DNA of 38,396 bases from a virus (taxonomy: Duplodnaviria > Caudoviricetes): IMG/VR virus record IMGVR_UViG_3300032074_000016, positions 1 to 38,396 of that record; one strand, written 5' to 3'. The notes beneath the pieces are model-generated. The model searched no databases. It was not told where the DNA came from and saw only the letters and a program-made list of their open reading frames with translations. Below are positions 34,043 to 38,396 of this stretch, one piece after another. Both the position numbers and the translations under genes were made by a program. The stretch's first letter is position 1, and each line of letters begins with the position of its first letter.

Positions 34043-34341
34043 TGCCGCCACCCCCCGTGCTGCTGCACCGCCGCAGGCGCGTCCTCGTACGGGTCCGGGA
34101 CGACGCGGGCGACCATCTCGGCGGTGGGTGACGGGCAGTCGTGCTCGCGGTGCGCGGGCTGGAACCTCGCCGGGGCGCCGTAGCGGCGGGCCACCCCGAA
34201 ACCCTTCAGCGTCCACAGAGTGACGTGGCCCTCGTCGACCGGATCCGCGTCCACAACCAGGGGCTCACCGGTGTCGACGTCCTCAACCAGCAACACCGGC
34301 GCGCCGCAGCCCGGGCACTCCCGGTGCAGTACCTCGCTCAC
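34039..34341 (-). CDS. Small Zn-ribbon protein
   Basis: CPGCGAPV...VDADP...HREHDC. Coupled on both sides. Confidence 0.8.
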   Translation of the reverse strand: MSEVLHRECPGCGAPVLLVEDVDTGEPLVVDADPVDEGHVTLWTLKGFGVARRYGAPARFQPAHREHDCPSPTAEMVARVVPDPYEDAPAAVQQHGGWRQ

Positions 34342-34514
34342 CGATCCACCACCAGCAGCACATCAGCGGCCGGCGGGCAGACGACCAGGTCCGGGGTCAG
34401 GTGCAGCGGCGTCAGATCCAGCGGGATCGACCACTCCCAGCGGGCACGCCCGCCCGCGACCGGCGCCAGCTCGAACCGGACCTGCTCGGGGGTCGGATCG
34501 ACCGCGGCGCTCAC
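34338..34514 (-). CDS. Hypothetical protein (58 aa)
   Basis: GTG 34512-34514 and stop both form GTGA overlaps. Confidence 0.65.
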   Translation of the reverse strand: MSAAVDPTPEQVRFELAPVAGGRARWEWSIPLDLTPLHLTPDLVVCPPAADVLLVVDR

Positions 34515-35911
34515 TTCGCTGCTCCGTCGACGATCTGCTGCTCGACGTTGGCGAGCGTGTAGCCCTGGTCGACGAGGAAGCGGAACCAGCGGGCAACATC
34601 GGTGCGGCGGTTGTCTTGCCACCGCCATGCGTCGCGGGTGATCCCGCCCTCCACAGCGCCGGCGACGTGCGCGAGCAACTGCAGCGGCAGTCGGGCATCA
34701 GGGACCGGCTCGCCGGAGGTGAGGGTGCGCACGCCCGAGTCGCGCCAGTACATGGGCTTGTTCAGGTGCAGCGACTTCGCGATCTGCTCGCTCTCGCTGG
34801 AGCCCAGGCCGCCGAACCAGTCGGCTAGGGCGCTGCGGCTTGCGGCCATCGACTCGACGGCGAACCGGAGAACGTCCTTGGAGGCCTTCGGCCTGGCGAG
34901 GAAATCGCGCACCCAGGCGCGGCGGGTGATATTCGCTGCGTCCATCGCCTTGTTGTTCTCGATGACCTCACGTCGATCAGCGCGCTGCCGCTCGAGTTCG
35001 GCATCGGACATTGACGCACCGGGGCCCGGGCCGGACTGCCAGCGGCTGGTGTGCCCGTTGCCGGCCGGGTCGGTGCATACCTCGGCCTCCATGACGTCGT
35101 CCCGCCAAGCCACGGTGGCGAGGACGACGGCGCTGCCCGGGCAGGAGGCGTGGGACTCAGCGGTGAGTGCCTCCCCGTTGTGCAGCAGGCCGGAGATCCG
35201 GATGGTCTGGTCGGGCTCTTCGATGAGAGCGGTGCGTCCGGATGCCACCAGTTCGGCCCGGCGGGTGTTGAGCCGCGCCGCCGCTTCGCGTGACCGTTCG
35301 GCCCGGGTCACGGCATGGGCGAACTCGCCCGGGCCCTCTTCGGCCGCCTCGAGGAGCTCCTCGATCGCCTCGGTGTCGTCTTCGAAGCGGGCGATGACCG
35401 CTGCCTGGTCCAGCGTCAAGCCCGCGTTGACGACGGCAGTGGCAGTTTCCTGCCCGAGCCGTGCCACGCCCGCCGCCTTGGCGACCCGCTTTCGGTCCAG
35501 GCCGGTGCGCTTGGCGACCGCGGCGATGTCTGCGCCGAGGTCGAGCATCGTCTGCACGCCCTGGGCTTCCTCGATCGGGGTGAGGCCCTCGCGGTGCAGG
35601 TTCTCCGCGAGCATCGCTCCGACGTGCAGTGCGATCGCCTCGTCGTCGACGCCGACCAGGTCGGGCCGCACGAGGCATGGCACCCGCTCCAGGCCGCCCT
35701 CGATCGCCGCGGCCGCGCGTCGGTGGCCGGCGACGATCTGCCAGCCTTCCTGTAGCGGCACCACGGTCAGCGGCTCGATCACGCCCTGGCCGGCGATCGA
35801 CGCGATCAGCCCGGTCAGGTCGCCGAGGTTCGTGCGGACGTTCCGCGGATGCACGGTGAGCTCGCGCGGATCGAGCTGCACGACGGTGAGAGTCGATTCG
35901 GTGGTGGTCAC
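34511..35911 (-). CDS. parB: ParB/RepB/Spo0J family protein
   Basis: HPRNVR, GVIEPLTV, IVAGHRR arginine patch, ENLHRE.LTPIEEA and HTH. Long C-terminal extension. 466 aa. Confidence 0.92.
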   Translation of the reverse strand: MTTTESTLTVVQLDPRELTVHPRNVRTNLGDLTGLIASIAGQGVIEPLTVVPLQEGWQIVAGHRRAAAAIEGGLERVPCLVRPDLVGVDDEAIALHVGAMLAENLHREGLTPIEEAQGVQTMLDLGADIAAVAKRTGLDRKRVAKAAGVARLGQETATAVVNAGLTLDQAAVIARFEDDTEAIEELLEAAEEGPGEFAHAVTRAERSREAAARLNTRRAELVASGRTALIEEPDQTIRISGLLHNGEALTAESHASCPGSAVVLATVAWRDDVMEAEVCTDPAGNGHTSRWQSGPGPGASMSDAELERQRADRREVIENNKAMDAANITRRAWVRDFLARPKASKDVLRFAVESMAASRSALADWFGGLGSSESEQIAKSLHLNKPMYWRDSGVRTLTSGEPVPDARLPLQLLAHVAGAVEGGITRDAWRWQDNRRTDVARWFRFLVDQGYTLANVEQQIVDGAAK

Positions 35912-36495
35912 CAGGACAGTCCTTTCTCCCGGCGGCCACGCGCGGACAGCACGTAAACCTCTTCCGGGGGGTAGCCGGGGCCGCGCACGCTGCGCGTCGC
36001 CCCGGTCTTCGTGGCCCAGCCGTCGGCGACCATCTCCGACAGCCGTGGGGCGACGGAGTAGCGCTCGACGGTGGGGGAGTAGGTGGCCTGGTACCAGCGC
36101 CAGGCCTCGATCGCCGTCGTCCCGCGCTGGCCGGCGTCGGTGAGGTGCTCGAGGACGCGGGCGCGGATCTTCCCCGCCTTGTAGGCGACGAGGCGGGCGG
36201 CGTTGGCCTCACCCGGCGCGGCGTCCACGTGTGCCGAGGCGGCGGGGCGGGCCGGGTCCGGCAGACCGAGGGCGTCGAGGATCGCGGTCTGCGCCGGCGT
36301 GGTCGGGCCGGCCATGGCCGCGGCCAGGTCCACCTCCGCGTCGGGGGTCCAGCCAAGCCATTCGAGGACCTCCGCGCCGAACAGCTGATGCTCCGAACAC
36401 ACCGGGCCCACGCGGTAGCGGACAATCGGCGGCCGCGTGCAGCACCGGACCCCGTCGCGCTTCACACACGCCAGCCCGACGTCGACGGCGTTCAT
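35908..36495 (-). CDS. Winged-helix DNA-binding protein with Cys-rich N-terminus
   Basis: RARVLEHL...GTTAIE...SVAPRLSEMVADGW..KTG.TR...VY. Confidence 0.75.
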   Translation of the reverse strand: MNAVDVGLACVKRDGVRCCTRPPIVRYRVGPVCSEHQLFGAEVLEWLGWTPDAEVDLAAAMAGPTTPAQTAILDALGLPDPARPAASAHVDAAPGEANAARLVAYKAGKIRARVLEHLTDAGQRGTTAIEAWRWYQATYSPTVERYSVAPRLSEMVADGWATKTGATRSVRGPGYPPEEVYVLSARGRREKGLSW

Positions 36496-36740
36496 GCCGA
36501 CGGGTCCTCGGTCGGCACGACCTCGACCGACAGCACCTCACGGGCCCGCACCCAGCAGTCGATCGCACCGTCGATGTCGAAACCGACCAAGCCGGCCGCG
36601 TCTCCCTCCCGGGAGAGCTGATCGACCGCAGCCTTAGCGGTGAGCCGGGCCTGGCCGATCGGCATCGGAAGCGACGCGACCCACGAGCCCGGACCGAACT
36701 GGATCCGGACCACGCCCAGCGCGGCGGGGAAACCGCTCAC
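36492..36740 (-). CDS. Hypothetical protein (82 aa)
   Basis: GTG 36738-36740. Coupled on both sides. Confidence 0.7.
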   Translation of the reverse strand: MSGFPAALGVVRIQFGPGSWVASLPMPIGQARLTAKAAVDQLSREGDAAGLVGFDIDGAIDCWVRAREVLSVEVVPTEDPSA

Positions 36741-37012
36741 GACCAGGCCTCCCACGTGAACTCCGGCTCGAGGATCTGCCGGAAACGGTCATGGAGCGTG
36801 TCGCCCGTGAGAACGGTGGCCGGCTGGTCGCCGAGCAGGTCGAGGTCGACGTCCTCCGGTTCGGGCTCCCGGGCGGCCTCCGGCGTTGGCTCCGGCGCGT
36901 ACTCGGGGCCCCGGCCAGCCTTGATGGCCTTGCCGATCGCGATCGCGACCAACGTGCCCAGCACCCCGTAGCCGACGCCGATCAGCAGCGCCCAGAACAA
37001 CAGCCTGATCAC
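36737..37012 (-). CDS. Small membrane protein (91 aa)
   Basis: GTG 37010-37012. IRLLFWALLIGVGYGVLGTLVAIAIG TM followed by an acidic tail. Confidence 0.75.
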   Translation of the reverse strand: MIRLLFWALLIGVGYGVLGTLVAIAIGKAIKAGRGPEYAPEPTPEAAREPEPEDVDLDLLGDQPATVLTGDTLHDRFRQILEPEFTWEAWS

Positions 37013-37155
37013 GACGGCACCGACTGCCACGTGACCGCCTCGTTCACCGAGCGGTCGAACCAGCGCAGCGCCCCCAGGACGCCAGCGGAGACGACGATCA
37101 GGACGGCCGACGCGAGCGCCACCTTCCGCTCCGGCGGCAGGTACGGGACCCTCAT
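37009..37155 (-). CDS. Small membrane protein (48 aa)
   Basis: Not in the track. MRVPYLPPERKVALASAVLIVVSAGVLGALRWFDRSVNEAVTWQSVPS. ATGA and GTGA overlaps. Confidence 0.7.
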   Translation of the reverse strand: MRVPYLPPERKVALASAVLIVVSAGVLGALRWFDRSVNEAVTWQSVPS

Positions 37156-37502
37156 GCCGGCACCTCCGCCAGTTCACCGTCGAGCACCCGGCGGTCAGGG
37201 CACGGATGGGCGCCGGCCCCGCAGGTGCACACGAAGCCGGTCGACGACCCCCGCCACGGACGCGGCTGGTGGCGGGCGTCGAGCTCGGCGACGGTCCGCG
37301 CAGCCTTCAGCCCATCGGCGATCTCCGGTGCGGCGAGCACGCGGAAGGCGGCGGCCTCGGCCGCGTCGTACGTCCAGCGGAAACGCAGGTCGGCGACGTG
37401 ACGGAGGACGATCTCCCGGATCTCCGCGACCAGCGGCGGCACCGGCGCCGGGGCCGCGGCCGGGATCGGCAGGTGCTTCGGCAGGGCGTGGCGGGCGGTC
37501 AC
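37152..37502 (-). CDS. Hypothetical protein with C-terminal H..CxC..PC motif (116 aa)
   Basis: GTG 37500-37502 (GTGA). RHQP...FVCTCGAGAHPCPDRRVL. Confidence 0.7.
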   Translation of the reverse strand: MTARHALPKHLPIPAAAPAPVPPLVAEIREIVLRHVADLRFRWTYDAAEAAAFRVLAAPEIADGLKAARTVAELDARHQPRPWRGSSTGFVCTCGAGAHPCPDRRVLDGELAEVPA

Positions 37503-37687
37503 TTCGCACCTGCCCGCAGCTGGGCTGCGTAGGCCCGGTACTCCTCGGCCCGCTCCGCGAACGTCGCGGCCCGGGCGGCGAACTCGTCGGCGAACACGGT
37601 CAGGTCGCGGGCGATCTTCTCCATGCGGGCAGCGGCCTCGACAGCCGACTCGTCCCGGCGCACGGCCAGCGGCACGGTGGCGTTCAT
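37499..37687 (-). CDS. Small coiled-coil protein (62 aa)
   Basis: Ala/Glu/Arg helix. Coupled on both sides. Confidence 0.7.
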   Translation of the reverse strand: MNATVPLAVRRDESAVEAAARMEKIARDLTVFADEFAARAATFAERAEEYRAYAAQLRAGAK

Positions 37688-37773
37688 CGGACGATCCAGG
37701 GCGCGAGCAGGCCACCGGCGATCAGGCCGACCAGCCAGCCGTGGCTACGGATCACCTGCAGTCGCCGGCTCAC
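37684..37773 (-). CDS. 29-aa single-TM microprotein
   Basis: Not in the track. [33 protein letters not shown] and ATGA overlaps. Confidence 0.65.
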   Translation of the reverse strand: MSRRLQVIRSHGWLVGLIAGGLLAPWIVR

Positions 37774-38396
37774 CGTGCACCTGCCGGCGTGCGCAGCGGC
37801 GCACCGCTGATCGTCACCTCACGGACCACCGTGCAGGACTCGAACTTCACCTTGTCGTCGAGTAGCACCAGGCCCTCGACCGGCACGGCGAGCTCCAGGT
37901 ACCGGCAGGGCCCCTGACCGGAGTAGTACGTCTCCGACAGGCCCGGGTCGCCAGTCGCGTGGAGGCCGCCGCCGCACACCGCCCGCGGGTCCCAGTCCTT
38001 CGCGACCACGGTGGCGCCGATGGGGTACTGCGTCGGCGTGTAGCCGTGGCCGGCGAACAGGCCCGAGTCGACCGCCTTGTAGAAGGTCGCGACCCCGTCT
38101 GCGACCTGGATGCCCTTGTACTCAAGCCAGGTCGAGCGGTCGGACAGGTCGACGTCGGTGTGGTCGATCAGCACCCCGCCCTGGATGTGCGCGTCACCGG
38201 AGTGCAGGTGCACCGCGACACGAGACGAGGCGCGGACCGAAGCCGATCCCGAGGCGCTGACCGAAGCCGAGTCCCAGGCGCTGACCGAAGCCGATCCCGA
38301 GGCGCTGACCGAAGCCGAGTCCCAGGCGCGGACCGAAGCCGATCCCGAGGCGCTGACCGAAGCCGATCCCGAGGCGCTGACCGAAGCCGATCCCGA
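37770..38396 (-). CDS. Octapeptide-repeat phage protein with FYKAV...CGGGLH...DKVK domain, 5' truncated
   Basis: The frame is open to the window edge: (SGSASVSA)n...RVAVHLHSG...FYKAV...YPIG..V...WD...CGGGLH...DKVK..C.V. Confidence 0.85.
   Translation of the reverse strand, partial: SGSASVSASGSASVSASGSASVRAWDSASVSASGSASVSAWDSASVSASGSASVRASSRVAVHLHSGDAHIQGGVLIDHTDVDLSDRSTWLEYKGIQVADGVATFYKAVDSGLFAGHGYTPTQYPIGATVVAKDWDPRAVCGGGLHATGDPGLSETYYSGQGPCRYLELAVPVEGLVLLDDKVKFESCTVVREVTISGAPLRTPAGAR
38226..38396. repeat. At least 7 x 24-nt coding tandem repeat
   Basis: Minus-strand unit [TCGGGA|TGGGAC]TCGGCTTCGGTC[AGC|CGC]GCC, running to the window end. Confidence 0.95.

Larger units (their letters stand above)
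1..38396 (-). mobile_element. Actinobacterial siphovirus-type phage/prophage segment (both ends truncated)
   Basis: Co-oriented terminase-portal-protease-capsid-tail-tape measure-lysis order plus a replication operon. No sheath gene. High GC. Genes run off both window edges. Confidence 0.97.

Noticed and set aside
36748-36763. CACGTGAA as an actinobacterial parS
   Set aside because: Only a partial match to GTTTCACGTGAAAC, not palindromic beyond the core, and inside a CDS.
38226-38396. 24-nt repeats as a CRISPR array
   Set aside because: Units are head-to-tail with no spacers, keep the reading frame, and no cas genes are present.
1-38396. Integrase, repressor, att sites, tRNA/rRNA genes, IS elements, known defence systems
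   Set aside because: No supporting motifs were found by eye. Both ends are truncated, so they may lie outside the window.

Overview
The whole window is one high-GC (by eye about 70-75%) actinobacterial siphovirus-type phage or prophage segment. Nearly every real gene is on the minus strand, so gene order reads right to left. (1) 38396-27345: early/replication operon with an octapeptide-repeat protein, small membrane proteins, HTH proteins, ParB, a DEDDh exonuclease, a DUF3263-like protein, a permuted NlpC/P60 protein, a DUF4326-like protein, an HNH-fused replication protein, an HNH nuclease and a Zn-finger/HTH pair. (2) 27375-26056: a likely late promoter, a GIY-YIG protein, a packaging HNH and an AT-rich cos-like gap. 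(3) 26055-5087: terminases, Mu-gp29-type portal, ClpP protease-scaffold, cement, major capsid, head-tail genes, major tail protein, frameshifted tail chaperones, a 1414-aa tape measure with a lytic transglycosylase, Dit, Tal/hub, tailspike and a BppU-like protein. (4) 4593-2669: lysis cassette. (5) 2646-1: a post-lysis carbohydrate-enzyme cassette (SGNH/SASA O-acetylesterase-FN3-FN3 and a beta-helix protein). No integrase, repressor, att site, host gene, tRNA or CRISPR array is visible, so the lifestyle cannot be determined. The most unusual signals are: a 28-aa 'GYGY' N-terminal module shared by the small protein after the major tail gene and the esterase (a possible virion-docking tag); a leaderless plus-strand gene fully nested inside a minus-strand ORF that keeps an 18-junction translational-coupling chain unbroken; an internal RBS/ATG in the endolysin; and an 18-nt motif repeated at the late promoter and the major tail leader. 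All family assignments come from motif recognition by eye, not database searches.
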